Source: Patescibacteria group bacterium
GTDB taxonomy: Bacteria > Patescibacteriota > Patescibacteriia > UBA9934
Length of the DNA: 64,000 bases
NCBI GenBank assembly: GCA_041659765.1
Contig: JBAZXR010000001.1
Coordinates: 467,338-531,337, forward strand
Direction of reading: 5' to 3'
Both the position numbers and the translations under genes were made by a program. Positions 19,958 through 28,949 of this stretch are shown in pieces. Each line of letters opens with the position of its first letter. Position 1 is the first letter of the stretch. The notes beneath the pieces are model-generated. The model was not told the DNA's origin. It made no database searches and saw only the letters and a list, made by a program, of their open reading frames with translations.

Positions 19958-20773
19958 TTACTGATTAGTCGTGCAAAACGTCCCGTTTGTTGTTTCACCC
20001 CCAATATAAGACGGCGTGTACCAGATTCGAGCGATAACGCACGCATTGTCCTTCCACTCGAATGCGACAGGGCCAAGGCCTCCCGGAGAATTAGAATCCC
20101 CTTCCTGAATAAACGTGAAGCCTTGCGTGGTGAACGGCGTATTCATTTCGGAAAGCCTACCAATACTGTCCGTCGTACCAGTTAACAAATCGAAAATATA
20201 GAGGTCTGGAGCTGGTGTATCGCCCGTAGAACGCGAATCATCAAACGGGATGAAAGCGATCTTAGTTTGATCTGGAGATACTCTGACTTGAGAAGAAGCA
20301 AGATGCATGCCTGGTGCGAAGGCAATAACTTCCTGGGGTATAACATCACTCTTTGTGAGATCAATTGTGTATACCTTCACTGGATTAAAATCACTTCCTT
20401 CGCCAAGTAAATTGACGAATACTCGCCCGTCGTATCCGATCTGCGGAACAGCAACGAGCTCAACAAAGCTGTCTCCGCGGTCGAGAATTAGCTTCTTCTC
20501 ACCCGTTGTCCTATCAAGCTGATAGAGCTTATTTCCAAACGGAGCATCAGGATATGTTTTCTCTACAAACAACAATGGTGGAACTGCACCCTTGCCTGTC
20601 AGACCATCATCCCCATAGGGAATCGCCGTCTTCCCGGGGATTGCCGGTGCGCCAAGTTTCACCATGGCATAGCCGAGCGTAGCGGTTTCAACAACCATGA
20701 GCGCGACCAACATCATGATAATGATGGCGTGGGTTCCGTTCTTGTGGCCTGTGGCCATTGGCATTTCGGCCAT
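19958..20773 (-). CDS. Membrane-anchored hypothetical protein with beta-propeller-like (TolB/WD-like) ectodomain
   Basis: N-terminal TM MLVALMVVETATLGY; VSPDQTKIAF and LYIFDL blade-like motifs. Confidence 0.7.
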   Translation of the reverse strand: MAEMPMATGHKNGTHAIIIMMLVALMVVETATLGYAMVKLGAPAIPGKTAIPYGDDGLTGKGAVPPLLFVEKTYPDAPFGNKLYQLDRTTGEKKLILDRGDSFVELVAVPQIGYDGRVFVNLLGEGSDFNPVKVYTIDLTKSDVIPQEVIAFAPGMHLASSQVRVSPDQTKIAFIPFDDSRSTGDTPAPDLYIFDLLTGTTDSIGRLSEMNTPFTTQGFTFIQEGDSNSPGGLGPVAFEWKDNACVIARIWYTPSYIGGETTNGTFCTTNQ

Positions 20774-20831
20774 ATAGAAGAAGAAGAAGAAGAATTACTT
20801 GTTCTCAGTATACATGAGCGCAACCTTAAAC

Positions 20832-20866
20832 GCCCCGCCGCCAGGATATTGGCGACGGAGCGTTTT
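20832..20866. repeat. 35-bp terminator-like direct repeat, copy 2
   Basis: Matches 19895-19929. Confidence 0.9.
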
Positions 20867-20903
20867 TAATGCGAGAGTAATTTCCTCTTCCCTGGACATG
20901 ATG

Positions 20904-21530
20904 CTATTTCGCCTTGAATGTTTTTATAATTGCGCTCGTTTCTGCAAGCATCTCAAACTGCTTTGGATCATCAATTCCTCCGCGGCCAGCGTTATCTCCG
21001 CCACCGACGTAGTAATAACTGAAGCCATTCTTTGAGGTAATGAACGTATTCGGGTAATCAATAATCATCGGATCCTTCGCGTAGGCGTCGGCAACCACCT
21101 GAATAGTGATGTATCGAGCAGGATCGTTCTCAGCCGTAAGAGTTGCCTGGTACGTCATCTGTGTGACCTCAGGAGAGTAGTCCTCCTTTTCATGGATCAT
21201 TCCCCAAGATGTGGGGAGCACAAGAGAAAAACTGTACACATCGCTGGTGTATTCAGTTCCCTGTGGCGTGATTCGAATATATGAGTGCAGACCGCGAGAT
21301 TCATCGCCGGTCAAGGTATCGATATTTGGCGGAGTGTCTGACGCTACAATCGGCGAAGTGGTCGTTGATGGAACAGTCTTTACGATACTGTTCTTTGCCG
21401 GCGCAGGCGTTGCTGCTGGCTTAGACACTATATAGCCGAGGGCTACCGCCTCGAGTACAACCAAAACCACTAGCATAAGGCTCACGAGCATCCAAGGGCT
21501 TCTGTGGTGCATTGAAGACATTTCGTCCAT
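20904..21530 (-). CDS. Membrane-anchored hypothetical protein (PsbP-like YxFSLxLPxxW ectodomain), N-terminal paralogue of 19958-20773
   Basis: MDEM start, TM MLVVLVVLEAVALGY, YSFSLVLPTSW, C-terminal IIKTFK. Confidence 0.7.
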   Translation of the reverse strand: MDEMSSMHHRSPWMLVSLMLVVLVVLEAVALGYIVSKPAATPAPAKNSIVKTVPSTTTSPIVASDTPPNIDTLTGDESRGLHSYIRITPQGTEYTSDVYSFSLVLPTSWGMIHEKEDYSPEVTQMTYQATLTAENDPARYITIQVVADAYAKDPMIIDYPNTFITSKNGFSYYYVGGGDNAGRGGIDDPKQFEMLAETSAIIKTFKAK

Positions 21531-21543
21531 ATAAGGATAAAAA

Positions 21544-22986
21544 TTATTTGTTCTCAGTATACATGAACTCCCGCACAAAAACGCGGGCGTCGTCTGGAGT
21601 TTCGAGCTGGCCTTCGTCGCGAGCTGACTCTACCGCCTTCATAACCTCGCCAATCTTCGGACCGGGGGTCATATTGAATTCGGCCATCAGTTCAGCGCCG
21701 GTGAGAAGCGGTATTTTAGCCGCGGATTCTAGGTCAAACTTTTTCACCGTTTCACGTAAGTACAAACCGGGCGTGTAGTCTACTTTAGCTGCGTCAGTCC
21801 CCCGTCCGCGAGTGTCAGACTCGGTCACCGCTAGGAAGGCCTCGAGCGAGGTACCGCCCAAGCGCTTGATTAACCGGCGCACGGCGTTGGCGTATTGTTT
21901 TTCATTGAGTTCGCCTTTTTGAAAAGAACGATAAAGCATGGTCGGCTTCAGGTGATCACGAACAATGGCGGCTACGTCATGGGTAACGTCATCGCCAAAG
22001 GTAAATTTCTGCAAGAAAGATTTAGTCAGCGAAACGCCAGCTTCTTCGTGACCCAGAGCGCGAATTTTACCGTCGATTGTTTTGGTAACCAGTGGTTTGC
22101 CGATGTCATGGCACACCGCCCCAAGCATCGCGATCGTGTCGTCGGGGTCAACCTTTACGTCGACCCTCCCCCGCACGATCCGCGCGCATTCGTCTACGGC
22201 GAGCAAGGTGTGAATCCAAACATCGCCCTCGGGGTGCCAGTCGGGCTCTTGGGGAGTGCCAATCATCGCGAACAACTCCGGGTAGTAGCGTTCAATGATG
22301 CCGAGGTCGCGCATGAGTGTGAAACCGATCGAAGGCTTTGGAGATTTGAGCAACAGCTTTTTCCATTCATCAGTGACACGTTCCTTCGAGAGTTCGCCGA
22401 GCGCCCCGTCTTCCACCATCTGCTTCATGAGCGCGAAGGTCTTTGGTTCGACCGAGAGACCGAACCGTGCCGCAAACTGCACGCCGCGAAAAACACGGAG
22501 AGGATCCTCAACAAATGTCTTCTCGTCGACGACACGCAAAAGTTTATTCGCGAGGTCAACACGTCCGCTGTACGGGTCGATCGTTTCGTTCGTCGACACA
22601 TCCATCGCAATCGCGTTGATGGTAAAGTCGCGCCGACGCAAGGCTGCCTCGACGGAGAGTGACGGGTCACCGATCACTTCGAACCCTTTGTGACCCTTCC
22701 CTGTTTTTGACTCTGTTCGAGGAATGGCCACATCGAGCATCCTCCCCTCATCGAGCGAAACTTTGTACACACCAAATGAGGCGCCGACAACATCAACTTG
22801 CGTAAAAAGTTCTCGCAAAATCTTTTCGAGCGCGTCCGGTTCGATCCCGTAGACCTCAACATCAGCATCTTTCGTCGGCACGCCGAGGAACAGGTCGCGA
22901 ACTGCCCCGCCAACCAAAAGAGCGCGCGGAACTTTCCCGGAGAGTGTAGAGACGGCGTCTTTTAGGATTTTATCTGATAGTTGCAT
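21544..22986 (-). CDS. cca: CCA-adding tRNA nucleotidyltransferase with HD domain
   Basis: VGGAVRD, DADVE, RRDFTINA, EDPLR, SKERV, HPEGDVWIHT, HDIGK. Confidence 0.92.
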   Translation of the reverse strand: MQLSDKILKDAVSTLSGKVPRALLVGGAVRDLFLGVPTKDADVEVYGIEPDALEKILRELFTQVDVVGASFGVYKVSLDEGRMLDVAIPRTESKTGKGHKGFEVIGDPSLSVEAALRRRDFTINAIAMDVSTNETIDPYSGRVDLANKLLRVVDEKTFVEDPLRVFRGVQFAARFGLSVEPKTFALMKQMVEDGALGELSKERVTDEWKKLLLKSPKPSIGFTLMRDLGIIERYYPELFAMIGTPQEPDWHPEGDVWIHTLLAVDECARIVRGRVDVKVDPDDTIAMLGAVCHDIGKPLVTKTIDGKIRALGHEEAGVSLTKSFLQKFTFGDDVTHDVAAIVRDHLKPTMLYRSFQKGELNEKQYANAVRRLIKRLGGTSLEAFLAVTESDTRGRGTDAAKVDYTPGLYLRETVKKFDLESAAKIPLLTGAELMAEFNMTPGPKIGEVMKAVESARDEGQLETPDDARVFVREFMYTENK

Positions 22987-22994
22987 ATTCTGTC

Positions 22995-23067
22995 TCCACT
23001 CTGAGCCATGCGAAGAGTCCGACCCTCACCGGTGAAAGTCGGATCCTTCGCTCTCGCTCAGGATGGA
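22995..23067. repeat. REP-like inverted doublet (CATCCTGAGCGAGAGCGAAGGATC family)
   Basis: Arms TCCACTCTGAGCCATGCGAAGAGTCCGAC and GTCGGATCCTTCGCTCTCGCTCAGGATGGA around TCACC/GGTGA. Confidence 0.75.
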
Positions 23068-23083
23068 TGCGGGATCGTCGAGT

Positions 23084-24679
23084 CTATAGCAAGGGAGTAC
23101 CGGTCATGTCAGGCGGTTGCGGTATTCCAAGAATGGCAAGCATGGTTGGGGCAACGTCAGCGAGCATGCCAACGGGTGGCATAAGGGAGAGATCGCCATT
23201 AGGCACGTCACCGGCAATTGACTGTTTGCCCTCAAACTGATTGCCGATAATAAAGAACGGAACAGGATTTGTGCTGTGCTCTTTATCCATGGCGTGTGTC
23301 TGGAGGTTCAGCACTTCTTCCGCGTTGCCATGATCAGCCGTGATCAATAAGACGCCATCGTGCTTCAAAATGGTTTCCACTAGCCGGCCAACGCACGCGT
23401 CGACAGCTTCAACGGCCTTGATCGTCGCCTCTAAGTTACCCGTATGCCCCACCATGTCTGGGTTAGCAAAGTTACCAATAATGACGTCATAGTTTCCGCG
23501 CTCGATCTCCGCGATCACTCGGTCAGTCACGGCCACGGCACTCATTTCTGGCACGGCGTCATAACTCGCCACGTGAGGCGATGGAATAAGTGCGCGATCT
23601 TCGTTAGGAAAGGCTTCCTCCCGCGTACCGTTCATGAAGAAGGTAACGTGCGCGTATTTTTCTGTTTCGGCAATGTGAAGTTGAACGAGTCCAGCCTTAG
23701 AAATAGTCTCCGCCAGTGAATTCTCGATGACGATTGGCGGGAAGGCAACGTCTACCGGCAATCCCTTTTCATAATCAGTCATGGTGACAAAAACAAGATC
23801 CTTGATGTACTCACGCGTAAACTTTTCAAAAGTCGGCAACACAAAGGCCCGCGTTAGCTCACGTGAACGATCTGGGCGAAAATTAAAGAAGAGCACAGCA
23901 TCACCCATATTTACGGTCGCGACCGGTTTGTTACCTTTCACAATTACTGTGGGCGGGAATTCTTCATCGTAAACCTCTTTTGAATAACTGTCTTGAAGTG
24001 CAGCGAAAGGATCTTCAGAAGTTTTATCGGACTGGCCAAGGGCGATAGTGTTATAAGCCTTCTCTACGCGATCCCAACGGTTGTCACGATCCATAGCAAA
24101 GTATCGCCCCATAAGCGAGGCGATCTCGCCCACTCCGTACTCCTTCATCTTGGCATCCAAATTGCGGATGAAATCAATTCCTGAGTTATAAAGGGTGTCG
24201 CGACCATCAAGAATAGCGTGTACGGCAACTTTTTTGATGCCTGCTTCCTTACACATGCGCAAAAGCGCGTAACAATGATCATCGTACGAGTGGACTTTAC
24301 CACTCGAAACAAGACCGAGGAGATGCAGGGTGCCACCACTTGATTTCACTGTGGAGATCGCTTTGGCGAGTGCGGGGTTAGACGCAAACGAACCGTCTAC
24401 CACGGCCTTGTTAATTCTCGGTAAAGTTTGGTAATACACACGGCCCGCACCAATCGCCAAGTGGCCCACTTCCGAGTTCCCCATCTCGCCCCAAGAAAGT
24501 CCCACCTCCTCGCTCGAAGCCCGCAAGGTCATGACCGGGTAGCGGCTGGTCAGCATGTCAAATGTCGGTTTTTTGGCCCGAGTGATGGCGTTTCCTTCAG
24601 AATCCGGGGCAACGCCAAAACCATCAAGGACAAAAAGGACAGCTGGCCGCGGACGGCCACCGGGATTTGGTGAATCCAT
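23084..24679 (-). CDS. gpmI: 2,3-bisphosphoglycerate-independent phosphoglycerate mutase
   Basis: LDGFG, MGNSEVGH, GRYFAMDRD, ETEKYAHVT, NPDMVGH, TADHGNAE. Confidence 0.96.
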   Translation of the reverse strand: MDSPNPGGRPRPAVLFVLDGFGVAPDSEGNAITRAKKPTFDMLTSRYPVMTLRASSEEVGLSWGEMGNSEVGHLAIGAGRVYYQTLPRINKAVVDGSFASNPALAKAISTVKSSGGTLHLLGLVSSGKVHSYDDHCYALLRMCKEAGIKKVAVHAILDGRDTLYNSGIDFIRNLDAKMKEYGVGEIASLMGRYFAMDRDNRWDRVEKAYNTIALGQSDKTSEDPFAALQDSYSKEVYDEEFPPTVIVKGNKPVATVNMGDAVLFFNFRPDRSRELTRAFVLPTFEKFTREYIKDLVFVTMTDYEKGLPVDVAFPPIVIENSLAETISKAGLVQLHIAETEKYAHVTFFMNGTREEAFPNEDRALIPSPHVASYDAVPEMSAVAVTDRVIAEIERGNYDVIIGNFANPDMVGHTGNLEATIKAVEAVDACVGRLVETILKHDGVLLITADHGNAEEVLNLQTHAMDKEHSTNPVPFFIIGNQFEGKQSIAGDVPNGDLSLMPPVGMLADVAPTMLAILGIPQPPDMTGTPLL

Positions 24680-24706
24680 ACCGAACCATTTTAGCACGAA
24701 AATATA

Positions 24707-25027
24707 CTACCTCCCAAGAGCCACTTCATTAGAAGAAATCTTCATGTACTTCACTTCTACTGGCTCAACCAGGCCCAAAAAAGCTTGCCGATCAGAAATG
24801 CTGGCGAGTGAACGCAAACGATCAATCTCTGTTAAAAGCCGATCGCTATCATGGGCGAGCGACTGGCGCTGATTTTCTAAATCGCGAATCGTGTAAGCTT
24901 TCATGGACGCCTCGTTCATTTGAAAAACATACAACAGTCCAAAAACCAGGGCGACTATGCCAAAAAGGGCCTGCAGCATCTTCTGCTTAGCGGCACTGCC
25001 CAAAAAATTGTTTCCTCCTTCTGACAT
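24707..25027 (-). CDS. FtsL-like cell division protein
   Basis: Single TM plus coiled coil, immediately downstream of mraZ-rsmH. Confidence 0.65.
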   Translation of the reverse strand: MSEGGNNFLGSAAKQKMLQALFGIVALVFGLLYVFQMNEASMKAYTIRDLENQRQSLAHDSDRLLTEIDRLRSLASISDRQAFLGLVEPVEVKYMKISSNEVALGR

Positions 25028-25041
25028 ATCCTCCGATATGG

Positions 25042-25890
25042 TTATGCACGCACCGCGATCCGCAATTTTGCACTGCGCGATCTTGGATTAGTTCGTATCT
25101 CTTCCTCGCTGGCCTCGATCGGCTTTTTGGTTGTGCCCTTCAAGACTGCGCTGTCCTTGAAAAAGTTTTTGACCATTCGGTCTTCCAGCGAGTGGAACGT
25201 GATGATGGCAATTCTGCCCCCCGGATTCAGTATCTGTTCAGCGGCTTTAAGTCCGCGCTCAAGCTCGCCAAGTTCATCATTGACCGCAATGCGCAAGGCT
25301 TGAAAAGTTCGAGTCGCCGGATGAATTTTACCGCGCCCCTTTGAGAGGCTGGCGATAAAATCCGCGAGTTCAAGCGTGGTCGCGAACTTCTTCTCTTTCC
25401 GTTTGTCCGTGATTGCCTTAGCTATCTGGTTCGCGAAAGGTTCCTCGCTATAGATCCGCAGCATCGCTGCAATCTCTTCGCGCGGTGCACCATTCACAAT
25501 GTCCGCGGCCGTCTCCCCCTTTGACGCGTCATAACGCATATCAAGCGGTCCGTCCTTCATGAAGGAAAACCCGCGCGTGGCGTCATCAACGTGCATGGAC
25601 GAGAAACCGAGGTCGAACAGAATGGCATCTGCCTTTTCCACGTGCGCCACCATGTTCCCGAAAGAATCATGGACATAGGTCACGCGGTCAGAGCTACCCT
25701 TCATGCCGTCACAAGCAATTTCGAGATTTCTTGCATCTCGATCAAAGCCGATGAGCCGGCCGCTTGGTGCGGTGGCTGCGAGCATGAGTGCGGCGTGCCC
25801 TCCTCCGCCAAGCGTGCCGTCAATGACGGTTTCGCCCGGCCGTAGCGCCAAGCCTTCTAATACCTCTTTCGCGAGAACGGGAATGTGCAT
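25042..25890 (-). CDS. rsmH: 16S rRNA C1402 N4-methyltransferase
   Basis: HIPVL, DGTLGGGGH, DLGFSS, GPLDMR, FQALRIAVN, FHSLEDR, NPRSRSAKLR. Confidence 0.97.
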   Translation of the reverse strand: MHIPVLAKEVLEGLALRPGETVIDGTLGGGGHAALMLAATAPSGRLIGFDRDARNLEIACDGMKGSSDRVTYVHDSFGNMVAHVEKADAILFDLGFSSMHVDDATRGFSFMKDGPLDMRYDASKGETAADIVNGAPREEIAAMLRIYSEEPFANQIAKAITDKRKEKKFATTLELADFIASLSKGRGKIHPATRTFQALRIAVNDELGELERGLKAAEQILNPGGRIAIITFHSLEDRMVKNFFKDSAVLKGTTKKPIEASEEEIRTNPRSRSAKLRIAVRA

Positions 25891-25923
25891 AAGGGCAAAA
25901 CGGGCTAGTGGGCAAAATGGGCA

Positions 25924-26349
25924 TTAAATTCCTCCCAATTGCTCTGCAATGGCGCCGGAATCGGCTTCGGCCTTCTTTGCGTATGCATTCCACGCATCCT
26001 CGTCCCAAATTTCCAAACGATTCTGAATACCGACCACGACCGCGTTCTTTTTTAGTCCGGCGAATGTCCGAAGATATTCGGGAACTACAAAGCGTCCGTG
26101 GCTATCTAACTCGACGTCCATTGCGCCTGCGAGCATAAAGCGCGCAAAAGCTCTAGAGTTGGCTTGTCCCAGGGGCAAACTAGCGATTTTTTCCGCCAGC
26201 TTTCCCCACTCTTCCAAGGGCAAGACAAACAGTGAAGTGTCGAGGCCTCGCGTCACCACCGCTCCTTGCGCTAAGGCCCCGCGAAACTTCACCGGAACGC
26301 TGAAGCGTCCCTTGTCGTCGATGGTGATGTGGTATTCGCCAATGAACAT
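25924..26349 (-). CDS. mraZ: Transcriptional regulator MraZ
   Basis: MFIGEY..IDDKGR, DSHGR, RLEIWD. Confidence 0.97.
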   Translation of the reverse strand: MFIGEYHITIDDKGRFSVPVKFRGALAQGAVVTRGLDTSLFVLPLEEWGKLAEKIASLPLGQANSRAFARFMLAGAMDVELDSHGRFVVPEYLRTFAGLKKNAVVVGIQNRLEIWDEDAWNAYAKKAEADSGAIAEQLGGI

Positions 26350-26480
26350 AGCGGTGTGTGTTCCGTCACGAGCATTTGATGCCGAGAGGTGTTCAAATGT
26401 TCATGACGGGGGAAATTCCTCGAAGGGAGGCCTATAACAAACCAACGCACGACCCCACTTCGTACTTGCTTCGGATGATA

Positions 26481-26520
26481 CCATCCCACTTTAGCCCACT
26501 CAATGCCATTTCATCCCACT
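26481..26520 (-). promoter_or_regulatory. MraZ operator (dcw box): four 10-bp repeats
   Basis: AGTGGGATGA AATGGCATTG AGTGGGCTAA AGTGGGATGG on minus strand upstream of mraZ. Confidence 0.85.
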
Positions 26521-26534
26521 TGGGGATAACAAAT

Positions 26535-26600
26535 AGGGGTCGACGCATGGATCAACCCCTACCACGATCCGATGTAAGGGCGGACCCATGCGTCCGCCCC
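26535..26600. repeat. GTAG-type REP doublet in divergent orientation
   Basis: GTAGGGGTTGATCCATGCGTCGACCCCT (minus) and GTAAGGGCGGACCCATGCGTCCGCCCC (plus) share CCATGCGTC. Confidence 0.8.
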
Positions 26601-26681
26601 TTTACGAAACTCCTGAAATATGCTATATAAATAGACGCTTTCCATCCCAGAAAGCTAAAACTCCGCGCCCCGAGGTTCCCC

Positions 26682-27026
26682 TTGTCCATGGACCGCTCCC
26701 CGCAAGAACCCGAGATCGCCAGAACGACCACCATCGTGCTGAGTGTATTCATCGGCATCCTGTTCATCACACTCTTCATCGGCATGACCATTCTGGCCAT
26801 GACCGGATGTGAGGCTTCGCCTACGCCGATTCCGTGCGTACCGCCGGCGATCGATCTGCACGAGGCCAAGTACCTGGCGCTGTGCGACGACTACAAGACC
26901 GCTGCCGGAGTGTCAGATCCGCTCACCGGCCAGGACTGCGAGGACTTCCTCCAAATGGCCTGGACCACGAGCGACGAGACCGTCAGTCCCGACTTCGCCC
27001 TGCCCGCGGATTGCCTGTCGGAGTAA
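26682..27026 (+). CDS. Hypothetical Cys-containing membrane/lipoprotein
   Basis: Promoter TTTACG-17-TATATA (26601-29), GAGGT SD, TM ending LAMTGC, downstream hairpins. Confidence 0.65.
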   Translation: MSMDRSPQEPEIARTTTIVLSVFIGILFITLFIGMTILAMTGCEASPTPIPCVPPAIDLHEAKYLALCDDYKTAAGVSDPLTGQDCEDFLQMAWTTSDETVSPDFALPADCLSE

Positions 27027-27072
27027 CAGAAAAGGGAGCGCAAGCTCCCCCGTCTAAGCCCCCACGCACACG

Positions 27073-28425
27073 TTATGCGCGGGGGTTTTGCTTTTTAGGA
27101 ATGCCGGAACGTTGCGCCCGCAGCACTCGATGATAACTTCCTGCAAATCTATGCGCTTCGTCGCGAACTTTTTGAAGAGTTTCCTTAAAGGCTTCGGCAA
27201 CTCTTCGCAGATCAGCGTTTGATTGGTCGAAAACTAAACGATCCTGTTTACGATCAAAGCCTTTGGCGATACCAATAATCGGCACTTTGATCTCCATCTC
27301 GTCTAGCACTTCGCGGACTCGATTCACCTGACCCTCTCCCCCGTCGATAACCAGCAAGTCGGCCCGTGGCCAGTCGTCATGCGAGAACCGGCGGCGAATA
27401 ACTTCTTCCATGGCTCGCACATCGTCAGTGCCCTCGAAGCCCTTGATTCTGAACTTTCGATATTCGTCCTTCGCCGGCTTACCATTCTCGAACACGGTCA
27501 TCGCCGCGACGTTCGACGTTCCAGAAATGTGAGCAATGTCATACGCCTCAATTCTACCGAGAGCATTAATGTGACCCGTGTCAATGTCACGCAATGGCAA
27601 CGTCGACGGTTCATCTTCACGAGTGATTAGAGCGACGTCTTGAATGTGCTCGAGCGCAAACAATTCATCACGCAATTTTGCAGCGACCTCAAACTCGCCC
27701 TGCTTCGCCGCAACCTCCATCTCCTTTCGCATCGACTTCACTATTCGATCTTTCTTGCCCTCAAAAAATAACTGGAAATTCTTGATAATTTTTCTGTACG
27801 CCGTTTTATTGATCGCGCCCGTACATACGCCGGGACACTTTCCGATTTGTGCATCGAAACACGGCCGTGGCAAGGCGGGGTTAGTAACCCCGCCTTCCGA
27901 CGCGACCGGTGGTTCACACGTCGACCACGGCAGCGCTCGGCGAATGAGATTAAGCGCGGTGCGCAATGACCGACCGCTCACATACGGTCCGTACACAGCA
28001 ATAAACTTTCTCTTGGCGAGGGCTGACAATTTCCGCTCAAACGGCTTAATGCCAAGACGCTCGAGATCGAAGCCTCTCATCAAGACTGGCCGAGGAAACT
28101 CGTCGTTAGTCAAACACAAGTACAGAAAACTTTTGTCATCGAGCAACATCACGTTGTACGGTGGCTCGTTCGCTTTAATCTGGTTCGCTTCGAGCACGAG
28201 AGCCTCGATCACCGTCGGCGTCTGGATGTAATCGATCCGTCGAATTTTGCTCACGAGCTCGCCGATCCGGGCGTCATGGGCCTTCGTAAAATACGAACCA
28301 ACACGCTTCTTCAAGCTGGTTGCTTTCCCCACGTAAAGCAGTTTTCCCCCTTCGTCATAATGAAAATACACTCCCGGGGAATCCGGAAGCTCGCCGTGAA
28401 GGATTTTGACGTACTCGGGAATCAT
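27073..28425 (-). CDS. uvrC: Excinuclease ABC subunit C (short form without HhH domain)
   Basis: GIY-YIG (PGVY..LYVGKA), UVR (FEVAAKLRD), RIEAYDIAH, LVIDGG, RDEAHRFA. Confidence 0.92.
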   Translation of the reverse strand: MIPEYVKILHGELPDSPGVYFHYDEGGKLLYVGKATSLKKRVGSYFTKAHDARIGELVSKIRRIDYIQTPTVIEALVLEANQIKANEPPYNVMLLDDKSFLYLCLTNDEFPRPVLMRGFDLERLGIKPFERKLSALAKRKFIAVYGPYVSGRSLRTALNLIRRALPWSTCEPPVASEGGVTNPALPRPCFDAQIGKCPGVCTGAINKTAYRKIIKNFQLFFEGKKDRIVKSMRKEMEVAAKQGEFEVAAKLRDELFALEHIQDVALITREDEPSTLPLRDIDTGHINALGRIEAYDIAHISGTSNVAAMTVFENGKPAKDEYRKFRIKGFEGTDDVRAMEEVIRRRFSHDDWPRADLLVIDGGEGQVNRVREVLDEMEIKVPIIGIAKGFDRKQDRLVFDQSNADLRRVAEAFKETLQKVRDEAHRFAGSYHRVLRAQRSGIPKKQNPRA

Positions 28426-28463
28426 GTCTTCTTTTATAGCAGTTCTGCTATCATGTGGGCAAT

Positions 28464-28949
28464 ATGGGAAATATCTTCTTTCTACTCTTGGCTTTTATTG
28501 GTGTCATCAACACTACATACCTCATCATCAAACGAAGAAAGGGAAAGGCGCCTATATGTCCCCTCAGAGGGGATTGTGCGATGGTCCTCAATAGCAAATA
28601 CACCAAGACTTTTGGAATACACAATGATGTCATCGGGCTCGCCTATTTCATAGCCGTTCTCCTGACCCCGGTCGTCGTTCTCGCGACACTCATATACGGA
28701 TCAGACGAAACGTTCGCCCTAGGTATCACAACGCTGACGCTGCTCATAGGAACATTCGTAGCCATACACGTCGGAACCTTTCTTGCGACGGTCATGACCA
28801 TCCGGCTCCTCTACGTGCAATTCTTTATCATCAAAAAGATGTGTTTCTGGTGTCTCATCTCTTCCTTCTGCGTACTCGGAATGACTGCCATGCTCATGCC
28901 GTCGCTCGTTACTGATATCTCAAATTTCCTATCTGCGAGCGCTGGTTAG
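28464..28949 (+). CDS. Vitamin K epoxide reductase family disulfide-bond formation protein
   Basis: ICPLRGDC..VLNS.Y...FGI, active-site CFWC. Confidence 0.9.
   Translation: MGNIFFLLLAFIGVINTTYLIIKRRKGKAPICPLRGDCAMVLNSKYTKTFGIHNDVIGLAYFIAVLLTPVVVLATLIYGSDETFALGITTLTLLIGTFVAIHVGTFLATVMTIRLLYVQFFIIKKMCFWCLISSFCVLGMTAMLMPSLVTDISNFLSASAG

Noticed and set aside
19895-20866. CRISPR array from the 35-bp repeats
   Set aside because: Only two copies about 940 bp apart, each following a gene; no spacers or cas genes
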